IMG/VR virus record: IMGVR_UViG_3300027278_000003
Reading direction: 5' to 3' (one strand)
DNA length: 64,000 bases
Source of the DNA: a virus
Lineage: Duplodnaviria; Caudoviricetes
Every line of letters begins with the position of its first letter. The stretch's first letter is position 1. This document shows positions 51,627-60,808 of the stretch, piece after piece. Made by a program: the position numbers and the translations under genes. Below the pieces are notes generated by a model. The model was not told the DNA's origin. It did no database searches and saw nothing but the letters and a program-made list of their open reading frames with translations.

Positions 51627-52757
51627 ATGCACTACAAGTTTCCAGAAATTCGCCATCTTGACGATGTTCTGCCTTACATTCAAACTCGCGGGGAATTCAT
51701 TCTAGCGGAGCGTGAAGGTTACAAGGTAGTAAACTACGTTGTTGCTATGGCTGATACGTTTGATATGACTGGACCTGATGATTTAGGTGGTGCTATTCGC
51801 CGTGAATGCCGTGGCCTTATTTTTGACCGTGAAGGCTATATTATTTCGCGTCCATTCCACAAGTTCTTCAACATCAATGAACGTGAAGAAACTCAATCTC
51901 ACGTGGTTGATATGTCGCAAGATCACATCATTATGGAAAAGATGGATGGTTCAATGATCCGTCCTATCGTGGTTGACGGCTATCTTCGTCTTGCTACCAA
52001 GATGGGTGTAACCGAGGTTGCGATGCAAGCAGAAACGTGGCTTGCTGCACAAGACCCCGCCAAAAAAGAGTGGATGCGTGACGCTTTTGACCGCAATGAA
52101 ACTCCTATCTTTGAGTGGATTAGCCCGTTCAACCAGATTGTTCTTGCATACGAAGAAGCAGACCTTGTTTACCTTGGTAGCCGTAATAACTTTACTGGTG
52201 AATACATGTTTGACGAAGCGGCACCGTTCACCAAGGTTCCTCGTTATGGTTCGGTAGAAGGTAATATTAGTGACTACATTGCCCGCCAGCGTCAAGCAGA
52301 AGGTCGTGAAGGTGACATCATCCGTTTTGCTGATGGACACATGCTGAAAGTTAAAAACGATTGGTATGTACGTATCCACAAGACTGTGGATCGCATTGTG
52401 TTTGAACGTAATATCGTTAACTTGATTATCAATGAAGAAATCGACGATGTTATGCCGATGCTGCCGGTTGTTCAAGCTAACCGTGTTCGTAACTTTGAAA
52501 TTCGTTTCTGGAAAGCGTTTAAGCAAACTGAAAACCGTCTCTATGGTCTTCGTATGGCGTGTGATCAATCGTATGAGGGTGACCGCAAAGCAATCGCTAC
52601 GCAGTTTGTTCCGACTGTGGAAGACAAGCAAATGGTTCCTCTGTTGTTCCGTGTTCTTGATGGTAACGATGTTCGTGATGTTCTAATGCAGCACGTAGAA
52701 AAGCAACTGTTTACTAACGTCAAGTGGGACGCTTGTGCAAAATGGATGGGGATGTAA
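51627..52757 (+). CDS. RNA ligase, T4 Rnl1 family
   Basis: RECRGLIF, RPFHKFFN, motif I EKMDGS, FEW, EG, KVKN. Confidence 0.92.
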   Translation: MHYKFPEIRHLDDVLPYIQTRGEFILAEREGYKVVNYVVAMADTFDMTGPDDLGGAIRRECRGLIFDREGYIISRPFHKFFNINEREETQSHVVDMSQDHIIMEKMDGSMIRPIVVDGYLRLATKMGVTEVAMQAETWLAAQDPAKKEWMRDAFDRNETPIFEWISPFNQIVLAYEEADLVYLGSRNNFTGEYMFDEAAPFTKVPRYGSVEGNISDYIARQRQAEGREGDIIRFADGHMLKVKNDWYVRIHKTVDRIVFERNIVNLIINEEIDDVMPMLPVVQANRVRNFEIRFWKAFKQTENRLYGLRMACDQSYEGDRKAIATQFVPTVEDKQMVPLLFRVLDGNDVRDVLMQHVEKQLFTNVKWDACAKWMGM

Positions 52758-52773
52758 AAATCCCCATCTTTTT
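52745..52773 (+). terminator. Rho-independent terminator
   Basis: GATGGGGAT-GTAAAA-ATCCCCATC-TTTTT. Confidence 0.8.
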
Positions 52774-52774
52774 C

Positions 52775-52802
52775 TTGACATCCTTGCGAATCATGCTATA
52801 TT
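52775..52802 (+). promoter_or_regulatory. Sigma70 promoter with CGAATCA (GANTC) in spacer
   Basis: TTGACA-TCCTTG-CGAATCA-TGC-TATATT; near-copy of 49308 promoter. Confidence 0.7.
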
Positions 52803-52832
52803 AATAGAGTAGTCAAGAGAAGGAATCAAGAC

Positions 52833-53072
52833 ATGATGCAGTTCAAAGTTGTTAGCGAAACTGTTGCTGTTGCTACTAACAGCATTAAACCTGTTCGTAT
52901 CGAACGCTTTGTTGATACAAACAACTATGATCGCAACCATTGGATGCTGTATACGCCAGAAGGTGGACTTGATGATGCGTTTACGTCTCGTGGGCCGTTC
53001 GTTTCATTTGATGCTGCAAAGCGCAACGCCGAAATGAATGTTGGTGTGACGATGACCTGGGAGGCAGCATAA
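52833..53072 (+). CDS. Hypothetical protein
   Basis: AAGGA RBS, downstream of promoter. Confidence 0.7.
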   Translation: MMQFKVVSETVAVATNSIKPVRIERFVDTNNYDRNHWMLYTPEGGLDDAFTSRGPFVSFDAAKRNAEMNVGVTMTWEAA

Positions 53073-53243
53073 TGGCATTGATGTCGCAAAGGCGAACTGG
53101 TTGGATACGGGGTTGTTCCAAGTAGCAGTTATGACCCACGTAAAGATTCACACACGTATGTTCCAGAACCTCCGAAATCAACAACTAAAAAACCTGACGC
53201 AGAAGTCATTCCGTTCAATGTGATTAAAGGCGATAAAGTATGA
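53072..53243 (+). pseudogene. Small gene apparently frameshifted near its start
   Basis: ATG 53072 frame stops after 17 codons; another frame (53082-53243) is open for 53 codons without a start and ends overlapping next ATG. Confidence 0.4.
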
Positions 53244-53581
53244 AAGTAGAAACTCCTGCAACTGGCATCCTCAAGCAAGGAGACTTTGGTGATGCAATGT
53301 TTTATTACGTGCAGTGCGATTGTGGCAGCGAAGATTGCGCACATACGATTGAAGTAGAGGCAGATGATAGCCACGTACAAGTTCACTTATACCACACGCA
53401 GCATACCAAGTGGTGGGAAAAAAACCGTTGGAAACAGATTTGGCAGATCGTTACCAAAGGTTACGCCGAAATGCAGACTACGATTGTGCTAACCGAACAA
53501 ACTGCATTGAACTACAGTGCAGTATTGGAAAGTGCCGTAAAAGATGTATCAGATTTCCGTGATGCAAGAAAGAAGCAATGA
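53240..53581 (+). CDS. Hypothetical protein (CDCG..C..H motif)
   Basis: ORF. Confidence 0.7.
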   Translation: MKVETPATGILKQGDFGDAMFYYVQCDCGSEDCAHTIEVEADDSHVQVHLYHTQHTKWWEKNRWKQIWQIVTKGYAEMQTTIVLTEQTALNYSAVLESAVKDVSDFRDARKKQ

Positions 53582-53736
53582 TTCAAGGCTGTTGCGATAA
53601 CACAGATATTGTCCGCGAAGAAATCAATGTGGAACTTCGCGGGTTTACCTTTAAAGTTATTATCACATTCTGTAAATCTTGTGGTAGCAAAAAGCATACT
53701 AGTGGAATAAGCGATGGTAAACATATCAGCAAATGA
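53578..53736 (+). CDS. Unlisted 52-aa Cys-rich protein (CC..CxxC)
   Basis: ATGA overlap; MIQGCCDNTD..FCKSCGSKK. Confidence 0.5.
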   Translation: MIQGCCDNTDIVREEINVELRGFTFKVIITFCKSCGSKKHTSGISDGKHISK

Positions 53737-54040
53737 ATTAATACTTGAAAGTTTGATGTTTCAGATAGACGCAACTGAAAACTACCTTAGTTATCCATAT
53801 GATGATGTTGTGACAGAACATACCACCAACGATGGTTGGAAATATTGTAAAAACTCCAGAAATGAGTTGCATAATCGTAAAGGACCTGCTATAATAACTA
53901 GTGAAAATACTGGAACTTTTTACATCAACGGCATTGAACTTGATCCACATGACTGGGTTCGTTATGCTGAGATTACAGATGAAGAAAAAGCGTATCTATT
54001 ATTTGTTGTAGATGCACAACCTGTGAAGTTAGGACCATGA
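53714..54040 (+). CDS. Hypothetical protein with LHxxxGPA repeat unit
   Basis: ELHNRKGPAII. Confidence 0.6.
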   Translation: MVNISANELILESLMFQIDATENYLSYPYDDVVTEHTTNDGWKYCKNSRNELHNRKGPAIITSENTGTFYINGIELDPHDWVRYAEITDEEKAYLLFVVDAQPVKLGP

Positions 54041-54304
54041 ATGAACACATATCAAGAATTATTAGCACTCACCGCAGAAGAATGCGGGGAACTTGTACAA
54101 GTTTGTATGAAACATCTGCGTAAATTTGAAAAGAAAAGTGAGGTTGATGAAAAATGGCAATCCAAACTTATCGAAGAAGCAGGTGATGTGTATTGTATGC
54201 TTGAACTACTGGTTGAACATGGACTTGTCACAAACAAACAACTTGAAGATCGCGCAAATGTAAAGCGCGAAAAACTAAAGGTATGGAGCAAACTAGTAGA
54301 TTAA
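54041..54304 (+). CDS. MazG-like NTP pyrophosphohydrolase
   Basis: AEECGELVQ..LIEEAGDV. Confidence 0.75.
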   Translation: MNTYQELLALTAEECGELVQVCMKHLRKFEKKSEVDEKWQSKLIEEAGDVYCMLELLVEHGLVTNKQLEDRANVKREKLKVWSKLVD

Positions 54305-54540
54305 TGTCAAATAGTAAAAAGCCAAACCCGCTGAACAGTTTTAAAGTTACGCGCACTGCGGAAGAAAGTAACTTGACAACTGACGATTTTGCGTTTATAT
54401 TTGACATGAACGGAAACATTCGTTGCGTTCAAATGCCAGCGTTCCTAGCAGACGACGACTTGCTTCCTGACGATATTTCAAAGATGTTGGAATATGTATC
54501 TGCTATGGATTTGATGAAGCCAAAGAAAGTAATGCATTAA
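54304..54540 (+). CDS. Hypothetical protein
   Basis: TAATG coupling. Confidence 0.65.
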   Translation: MSNSKKPNPLNSFKVTRTAEESNLTTDDFAFIFDMNGNIRCVQMPAFLADDDLLPDDISKMLEYVSAMDLMKPKKVMH

Positions 54541-54541
54541 G

Positions 54542-55729
54542 ATGCTAGAAATTTACGAAATTTTAGACAGATTTGAAATTTTATATCCAGACAACGAAGA
54601 TATCGCAAATCTTCGCCGCGCGTATGTGGATAAAGATTTGCCGAGTATTTTTAAAGTTGTTCGCGACGATGAAGTTGGCGATTATGGCGATTTGGATGAA
54701 TTGCGCAAAGCAGTAGTTGAAGAAAATCTATATAGTATATTTCGTGTTCTAGGTCGTTATGTTGATGATGAATTTGTAGAAGAACTTCGCAGCGCCGCGA
54801 CAGAAAACAATCTACATAGCATTTTTAGAATTATGGAAACGGTAAACGGGGATGACACCGCACTTGACAATTTACGCCGCGCCGTTACAGAAAAGAACAC
54901 GCGCTGTATATTCAGACTGGTGGCAAAGTTCAATGTGCCAGAAGTAGAGGACTTACGTGCGGCTGTAACAGAGAAAAACTTACACAGTCTGTTTAGATTA
55001 ATCGATGATGAAGACCTGCGTAAAGTTCTCCTAGAAGACAACATGTGGTCATTGTGGAAGTTACTAGAGAGATATGTAGACACGCAATTCGTACCGGCAT
55101 TAAAATCTTTGATTTCTGTGAATGAAGTCAAATTCAGTCCAGACTGTATGGCACGTGGTCAACTCGCAAGTAAGCGTTGGCTAGTTCGCACAGTAGAAGA
55201 TTTTGGCATTGATCTTGGTACTGTATTCTTGTGTGCAGGATGGTATGGTATTCTATCCACTATGATGTTTGAAAGTAAAGTAAAGTTTGACAAAATTCGC
55301 AGTTTTGACATTGACGATACATGCGTAGACATTGCAGAAGTATTTAATAAGCCTTGGTTTAAAAACGAATGGCAATTTAAATCAATAACACAAGATATTA
55401 TGGACATTAATTATAATGAACATACTTGGCAGTATTGGAGTAATGCAAATGATAGAATGAGCCATCCAATTACGGATAATCCAAATACTGTAATCAATAC
55501 AAGTTGTGAACACATTGAAAATTTTGACGCATGGTGGGAGAAGATACCAGCTGGTATGTTGGTGATACTACAGAACAATGATTTTGTCGAACATGATGAT
55601 GATAGTGTGGTGAACACAATCACAAATGTTGACGAATTCGCTGAAAAACTAAAACTATCGCGTACCATCTTCAAAGGTACACTTGCACTTGAAAAATACA
55701 ATCGATTCATGATCATTGGAAGGAAATAA
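54542..55729 (+). CDS. Helical-repeat N-terminus fused to class I SAM-methyltransferase-like domain
   Basis: About six LRxAVxExNLxSIFR repeats; FLCAGWYG, SFDID, INTSCEH, ILQNND. Confidence 0.7.
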   Translation: MLEIYEILDRFEILYPDNEDIANLRRAYVDKDLPSIFKVVRDDEVGDYGDLDELRKAVVEENLYSIFRVLGRYVDDEFVEELRSAATENNLHSIFRIMETVNGDDTALDNLRRAVTEKNTRCIFRLVAKFNVPEVEDLRAAVTEKNLHSLFRLIDDEDLRKVLLEDNMWSLWKLLERYVDTQFVPALKSLISVNEVKFSPDCMARGQLASKRWLVRTVEDFGIDLGTVFLCAGWYGILSTMMFESKVKFDKIRSFDIDDTCVDIAEVFNKPWFKNEWQFKSITQDIMDINYNEHTWQYWSNANDRMSHPITDNPNTVINTSCEHIENFDAWWEKIPAGMLVILQNNDFVEHDDDSVVNTITNVDEFAEKLKLSRTIFKGTLALEKYNRFMIIGRK

Positions 55730-56573
55730 TATGTCTAATAATATTTTTGCACAAATAGAACAAGCAACATGGGAACAGGACGACAGAGACCACACTGTCA
55801 AAAATCGCAGACAATTTAAGGTTCAGGCTGATCCACTTGCACTCGTTGTATATTGGAGAAAGACAAATATTCTTGAGACGTTGATGGGAACTGATATGCA
55901 TTACACTTATGACATGTGTAGAGCATTAGAAGGCAATCTGTTTCGAATCACAGATGACTCTTACATTTCAGAATTGTATAAACCTGACGAAGAAAGTATC
56001 GCAGAAGCAAAACAAATTCGTGATAAATTGTATAAACCTGACGAAGAAAGTATCGCAGAAGCAAAACAAATTCGTGATTATTATAAATCACGTCTCGGTT
56101 TTCGTGCAATGATGAATGAACGTGTCGGTGATTTTGATAAAAAATTGTCCGAGTTTTTGGACCAAGATCGCGGTTACATTCTTGAAGATCAACTTGGTAT
56201 GGTAGTTAAATTGCCAGAAATGTATCAGACTGATTTGGTGTACGATAAACTGCGTGATGAATACACAAGCGTTGCAGTAAAAAAGAAAAACAAGTTTCAT
56301 GCATCGTCAATTGGACCAACCGCTATGCGTCTTCGATATGTGACTAAAACAAAGCACAGGGAAAAACGCCGAAACTATGTAATGTATTGGTTTAGCTATG
56401 ATGGCAAACTTTACAATCTACCAGTAGAAGCGAATAACTATCTGCGTCCATTTATTGAGCGTGAAATCAAGAAGCCAGAATTCGATATCACTGGATATGT
56501 CAGTGTTGCGCATTTACATCCAAATAGCGATTTTTGGGTATTCAGAATTGGATCAGATTTCGAGGTAATGTAA
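55716..56573 (+). CDS. Hypothetical protein with internal 18-aa duplication
   Basis: ORF. Confidence 0.7.
   Translation: MEGNNMSNNIFAQIEQATWEQDDRDHTVKNRRQFKVQADPLALVVYWRKTNILETLMGTDMHYTYDMCRALEGNLFRITDDSYISELYKPDEESIAEAKQIRDKLYKPDEESIAEAKQIRDYYKSRLGFRAMMNERVGDFDKKLSEFLDQDRGYILEDQLGMVVKLPEMYQTDLVYDKLRDEYTSVAVKKKNKFHASSIGPTAMRLRYVTKTKHREKRRNYVMYWFSYDGKLYNLPVEANNYLRPFIEREIKKPEFDITGYVSVAHLHPNSDFWVFRIGSDFEVM
55972..56078. repeat. 54-bp period tandem duplication (2 copies)
   Basis: AATTGTATAAACCTGACGAAGAAAGTATCGCAGAAGCAAAACAAATTCGTGAT at 55972 and 56026. Confidence 0.95.
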
Positions 56574-57295
56574 TGAAAGTACGCATATGCAAATATACAA
56601 ATTATTTCGGGCCATATCAACTTGCAGAAAAGTTGATGTTCTGGGTACCAAAAGAAGTAGATGAATACGGTATTAAACGAACCGCGGATCGTGTTCACAA
56701 CTTTGGGGAATGGCTTGCACACGGCAGTGTTCTTCCAGAACCAGAAGTGGGAGAAGAATCTAACGGGTTCAAAGATCGTCCAGAAACTTGGCTTTACAAA
56801 TTGCTATCTTGGATTGACAGTAAAAAGAAACGTAAAATAGAAGTGCATATTGATCGTTGGGACACTTGGGGTATGGTGGAAACACTCGGTTATATTATCC
56901 GTCCTATGCTAAAACAACTTAATGAAAACAAACACGGCGCGCCATTTGTTGACGATGAAGATGTTCCGGAAGAACTACGCAGCACTAGCGCACCACCAAA
57001 AGAAAACGATTGGGATACAGACGACAATCATTTCAAGCGTTGGGATTGGGTGATGGAAGAAATGATTTTTGCATTTGAAAGTCTTGACGGTGGCAGTAAC
57101 GAAAATTGGGAAGAACAGTTTGAGTCAGGTGTATATGATCTAAAATGGATCAAACACGAAGATGGTAACTTCCGAATGACAAAGGGTCTAGATCACACTG
57201 CGGAAACAGATTGGGATGCACGAAAAGCATACGGTGAACGTATTCAAAATGGCTTCCGTCTATTTGGAAAGTATTATCAATCACTTTGGGATTAA
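56573..57295 (+). CDS. Conserved phage hypothetical protein
   Basis: IDRWDTW..KHGAP..DEDVP..RWDWVMEEMIFAF..LFGKYYQSLWD. Confidence 0.8.
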   Translation: MKVRICKYTNYFGPYQLAEKLMFWVPKEVDEYGIKRTADRVHNFGEWLAHGSVLPEPEVGEESNGFKDRPETWLYKLLSWIDSKKKRKIEVHIDRWDTWGMVETLGYIIRPMLKQLNENKHGAPFVDDEDVPEELRSTSAPPKENDWDTDDNHFKRWDWVMEEMIFAFESLDGGSNENWEEQFESGVYDLKWIKHEDGNFRMTKGLDHTAETDWDARKAYGERIQNGFRLFGKYYQSLWD

Positions 57296-57296
57296 C

Positions 57297-57584
57297 ATGA
57301 CTTACAAACTTCCAGTACTATATAGTCGTGCAGATGCGAAACAACGCAGAGAAGTCAGAGAACAATATATACAACAGCAAAATGGACTTTGTTACTGGTG
57401 CAATTGTTCTCTTGATGCTGCTCCACCAAAAGAAATAACAAGTAAGAAAATCAATTGGCGATTATTTCCGCCAAACTTTTTACGTTATCCTGTGCATTTG
57501 CAGCACAATCACGGCACTGATTTAACAGAAGGAGCGGTACACGCATACTGCAACGCAGTTATGTGGCAATACCACGGAAGATAG
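57297..57584 (+). CDS. Endonuclease VII-like (His-Me finger) small nuclease
   Basis: QNGLCYWC..HLQHNH..GAVHAYCN. Confidence 0.7.
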   Translation: MTYKLPVLYSRADAKQRREVREQYIQQQNGLCYWCNCSLDAAPPKEITSKKINWRLFPPNFLRYPVHLQHNHGTDLTEGAVHAYCNAVMWQYHGR

Positions 57585-57585
57585 A

Positions 57586-57756
57586 ATGAATTTAAACAAC
57601 TTGAACGAATCTGAAAAAGATGCTATAATTAAAGAGTTCTTAGAGTTCTTTAATGGGAAAGTTCCAAATCCAGTGAACTATCCCAAGTCGTTTGAGTTCT
57701 ATTTAAAAATGTACCAGTTTCACTTGAAAAACAAAAAGAATAAGGAACGTAAATGA
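57586..57756 (+). CDS. Unlisted 56-aa protein
   Basis: Fills gap; ATGA overlap with DHFR; NPVNYPKSFEFY. Confidence 0.6.
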   Translation: MNLNNLNESEKDAIIKEFLEFFNGKVPNPVNYPKSFEFYLKMYQFHLKNKKNKERK

Positions 57757-58235
57757 TTAGAGCAATTCTAGCATGTGATGATGATTGGGGTATCGGCAAA
57801 GATGGCGACCTACCTTGGCCTCACAATCCAGCGGATTTGAAATGGTTTAAAGAAAAGACTGTAGGTGGGGTTGTTGCAATGGGTAAAGCAACGTGGGACA
57901 GTCTACCGAATAAACCTCTACCCAAACGTAACAATATTGTGGTCACACGTAGTACTGATGATAAGCGGGGGCCTTATCATTTTCTAACATTCGAACAAGC
58001 AGAAACTCATTTGGTTAGTATGAGTAAGTTGCAAAATGTATGGATTATCGGTGGGGCAAAACTTATTGAAGGTTTGTTACCTATCATCGAAGAATTTCAT
58101 CTGAGTAGAATTAGTGGAACATATGAATGTGATACATTTCTACCCAGCACACCTATTCTTGAAAACTATACATTAGTTAGTAGCGAAATGCAGGGAGATG
58201 TCTACGTAGACATTTATCGTCGCCGTGATAATTAA
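57753..58235 (+). CDS. folA: Dihydrofolate reductase
   Basis: GIGKDGDLPWP, DLKWFK, MGKATWDSL, PLPKRNNIV, WIIGG, CDTF. Confidence 0.95.
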   Translation: MIRAILACDDDWGIGKDGDLPWPHNPADLKWFKEKTVGGVVAMGKATWDSLPNKPLPKRNNIVVTRSTDDKRGPYHFLTFEQAETHLVSMSKLQNVWIIGGAKLIEGLLPIIEEFHLSRISGTYECDTFLPSTPILENYTLVSSEMQGDVYVDIYRRRDN

Positions 58236-58458
58236 TTGGTCAGTTGAAGACATAAAGACTGAAATCGAAAAGATTGCTTATAATGAATCCGATCCTCGTA
58301 TGGATGGGTTCGTAACTTGGGGATGCAAAAAAGACTTGTATGAAATTCTTTGGTTTGTGCAAGAAAAGCTAAGTAAGTGCAGCACATATACTGGTGAAGA
58401 AGATTTCATCAAAAAGCGAAACATTGATAAAATGTGGAAGGTATTAAAAGATGAATGA
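58225..58458 (+). CDS. Hypothetical protein
   Basis: ORF; WGCKKDLY motif. Confidence 0.65.
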   Translation: MIINWSVEDIKTEIEKIAYNESDPRMDGFVTWGCKKDLYEILWFVQEKLSKCSTYTGEEDFIKKRNIDKMWKVLKDE

Positions 58459-58825
58459 TGAATTGTATCAATTCCTAGCATGTGACTATTATGCCACAGG
58501 CGAAGGCAGAAGCGTGATGCTACTGATTACTCGTGCTTATCCGCACGTTGATGATTACGAAACTCGTGGTAGCTTTGATAATGGTGTTTATACACCCGGT
58601 ACACTCAAAAAAGGCATGTCTGATAAAACTATTGCTGCAAGAGAATTTGTGGAACATTTTGGCGGCTATTATCTACAAGGTGCAGAAAACCTACCACGCG
58701 AAGAATTCTTAAAACGGTTTGGACATCACTTGCCCGAATATGTTCATAAAATGTTGAACGCAGAAGGCAACGACCGTCCTGGCAACTTCAACTTCGTACA
58801 AAGCGTACACTTTAACTATTCATAA
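58451..58825 (+). CDS. Hypothetical protein
   Basis: ORF; DYYATGEG motif. Confidence 0.7.
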   Translation: MNDELYQFLACDYYATGEGRSVMLLITRAYPHVDDYETRGSFDNGVYTPGTLKKGMSDKTIAAREFVEHFGGYYLQGAENLPREEFLKRFGHHLPEYVHKMLNAEGNDRPGNFNFVQSVHFNYS

Positions 58826-58837
58826 AAGGTTACTATA

Positions 58838-59026
58838 ATGATTAGATGGTATGATTGGGCTGTAGCACTTTTAGCAGCAGACTTACTAATTGCAAATTCA
58901 AAAGTCGCCATATTCGCGGACGTTTGGTATATGAGTATAATCGGCGGGGTTGCCGCATACTTTGTTTGGGATTTGTGGAATGATACCTATATTCCATTCA
59001 GAAAACGCCAAGAGGAAAACAGATGA
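58838..59026 (+). CDS. Small membrane protein
   Basis: MIRWYDW; two hydrophobic segments. Confidence 0.65.
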   Translation: MIRWYDWAVALLAADLLIANSKVAIFADVWYMSIIGGVAAYFVWDLWNDTYIPFRKRQEENR

Positions 59027-59751
59027 TATTAGTAGTTGGTTGTGGTTTTGTAGGTGAAACTGTTGCAGCAAGTCTTGAAGCGGACGAAAAAGAAGTTGTT
59101 CGCATAGACCCAAAGTATAACAATAACAAGATTTCAGACTATCCAAATGCTAGGGGTGCAGTGGTCGCCGTGCCGACACCAACTGTTGAAGGTAAGTGTG
59201 ATGATAGTATTATTCGTAGTGTGATTGCAGAAGTTGGCGACATTCCAATTCTTCTTAAAAGCACAGTACCATTCCCAATGATGGAAACATATCCGTCAAA
59301 TGTGATTTACAATCCAGAGTTTTTGAGAGCGAAAACAGCAGCAGACGACTTTGCAAATCAAAAGTATTTTATTCTTGGTGGCGGGACAAATCTACAGCGT
59401 TTTTTCTGGAAACAAACATTTGGATATCTTGATGTAGAATTCATAGATACAGATCGTAAAACTGCAAGCATGGTAAAGTACATGCATAATGCATGGCTTG
59501 CTACAAAAGTTGCATTCTTCCATGAAGTATTTTGGCAGATCGGTGAACATTATAATCACGAACAGATGATTGATATTCTTTCTAAGTTTGAAAACATCGG
59601 ACCATCACACATGGTCGCTCCAAATGATGAAGGGAAACTTGGATACAGTGGCCACTGTTTCCCCAAAGATACAGAAGCATTCTATGATTTTACTGGAAGT
59701 AGAATTATGCAGAGAGTTATTGAAGTGAATAACTCATTACGGAAAAAATAA
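59023..59751 (+). CDS. UDP-glucose/GDP-mannose dehydrogenase-like (lacks C-terminal UDP-binding domain)
   Basis: VVGCGFVG, AVPTP, LKST, YNPEFLR, KYMHNAWLATKV, GYSGHCFPKD. Confidence 0.85.
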   Translation: MILVVGCGFVGETVAASLEADEKEVVRIDPKYNNNKISDYPNARGAVVAVPTPTVEGKCDDSIIRSVIAEVGDIPILLKSTVPFPMMETYPSNVIYNPEFLRAKTAADDFANQKYFILGGGTNLQRFFWKQTFGYLDVEFIDTDRKTASMVKYMHNAWLATKVAFFHEVFWQIGEHYNHEQMIDILSKFENIGPSHMVAPNDEGKLGYSGHCFPKDTEAFYDFTGSRIMQRVIEVNNSLRKK

Positions 59752-60161
59752 TGTTACTTGGTACACGATTAGAATATTGCGTCAGTGATTTGTTACTAAA
59801 GAAAATAAACGTGAATGACGTTTATGCAATCGTGGGCGATACTCGTATAAACTTTCACAACACAGAAGATGCAACACATTGGTGGAATCGTCAGTTGGAT
59901 CCAATGACTTCACACTTGTCACAAGGTAGAAACTCATTACATCTTTATGATTTTGAAGAAGTATATCAATACATTCTTACACTAATTGACAGTGGTAAGT
60001 TAGTATTGCGAGATAAAGCATTGCCATCACATGCATTCGATGCTATGATATCTGATTTGAAAAATCATTGGTATCAGATAAATCTGAGAGAAGTTGACAT
60101 GGAACCAGCAGTCAAGTTGGCGTGGGAACACTATGTGTTGTTATCGGGATTGTGTAAATAA
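59751..60161 (+). CDS. Hypothetical protein, paralog of 61893 ORF
   Basis: Shared N-terminal pattern and PAxKxAWEHY C-terminus. Confidence 0.7.
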   Translation: MLLGTRLEYCVSDLLLKKINVNDVYAIVGDTRINFHNTEDATHWWNRQLDPMTSHLSQGRNSLHLYDFEEVYQYILTLIDSGKLVLRDKALPSHAFDAMISDLKNHWYQINLREVDMEPAVKLAWEHYVLLSGLCK

Positions 60162-60808
60162 TGTCAAAACTTTATTTTGGTATATGCCCATATGGTTCGC
60201 TAGTTGATGTGTTCATTAATCTGTTAGCAGGTTGGAGTGATAATTGGTTACAACCCTGCGCCCCAGACATAAACCGCAACGGTTACCCAATACACCGAGT
60301 ACATGAACCATATGTGTTACAACTGACTAATAATAAACCGCTAACATTCAGGGATATTGATTGGCGCGGAAGAATGTCGGAAATTGAAGATGTGCTAAGA
60401 AACGCCAACAATAAAGATGTGTGGATAGGTACGTTTGATCCAAGTCAAGCAGAATTAATCAAAAATTATTTTGATGATAATGCAACTATTGTTGGTATTT
60501 CTTATGGGGCAGACCAACGAGAGGTTGTATTAAATAACGCAATATGCTATTATGATTTATCTGATATAGATGATCCTGTATTACGTCAGCCCATGTATTT
60601 GCAAAAATATAAGGCAGACAAAGCCAAATGGGATGCGCGTATACCTAAAGAGTTTATACCAGATGCCGAAATTCTATTTGATATTAAAGATTTCTTTAAT
60701 CCAGAAATTTTTATTGCGCAAGTAGAAGCGTTCAATGGTAAACGAAACGAAAAGCAACTTGCTTACTACTATGATTGGTTTTATAAAAATCAAGGAGATC
60801 GAAAATGA
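60161..60808 (+). CDS. Hypothetical protein
   Basis: TAATG coupling. Confidence 0.7.
   Translation: MSKLYFGICPYGSLVDVFINLLAGWSDNWLQPCAPDINRNGYPIHRVHEPYVLQLTNNKPLTFRDIDWRGRMSEIEDVLRNANNKDVWIGTFDPSQAELIKNYFDDNATIVGISYGADQREVVLNNAICYYDLSDIDDPVLRQPMYLQKYKADKAKWDARIPKEFIPDAEILFDIKDFFNPEIFIAQVEAFNGKRNEKQLAYYYDWFYKNQGDRK

Noticed and set aside
51951-52631. 226-aa minus-strand ORF
   Set aside because: Antisense shadow of the RNA ligase
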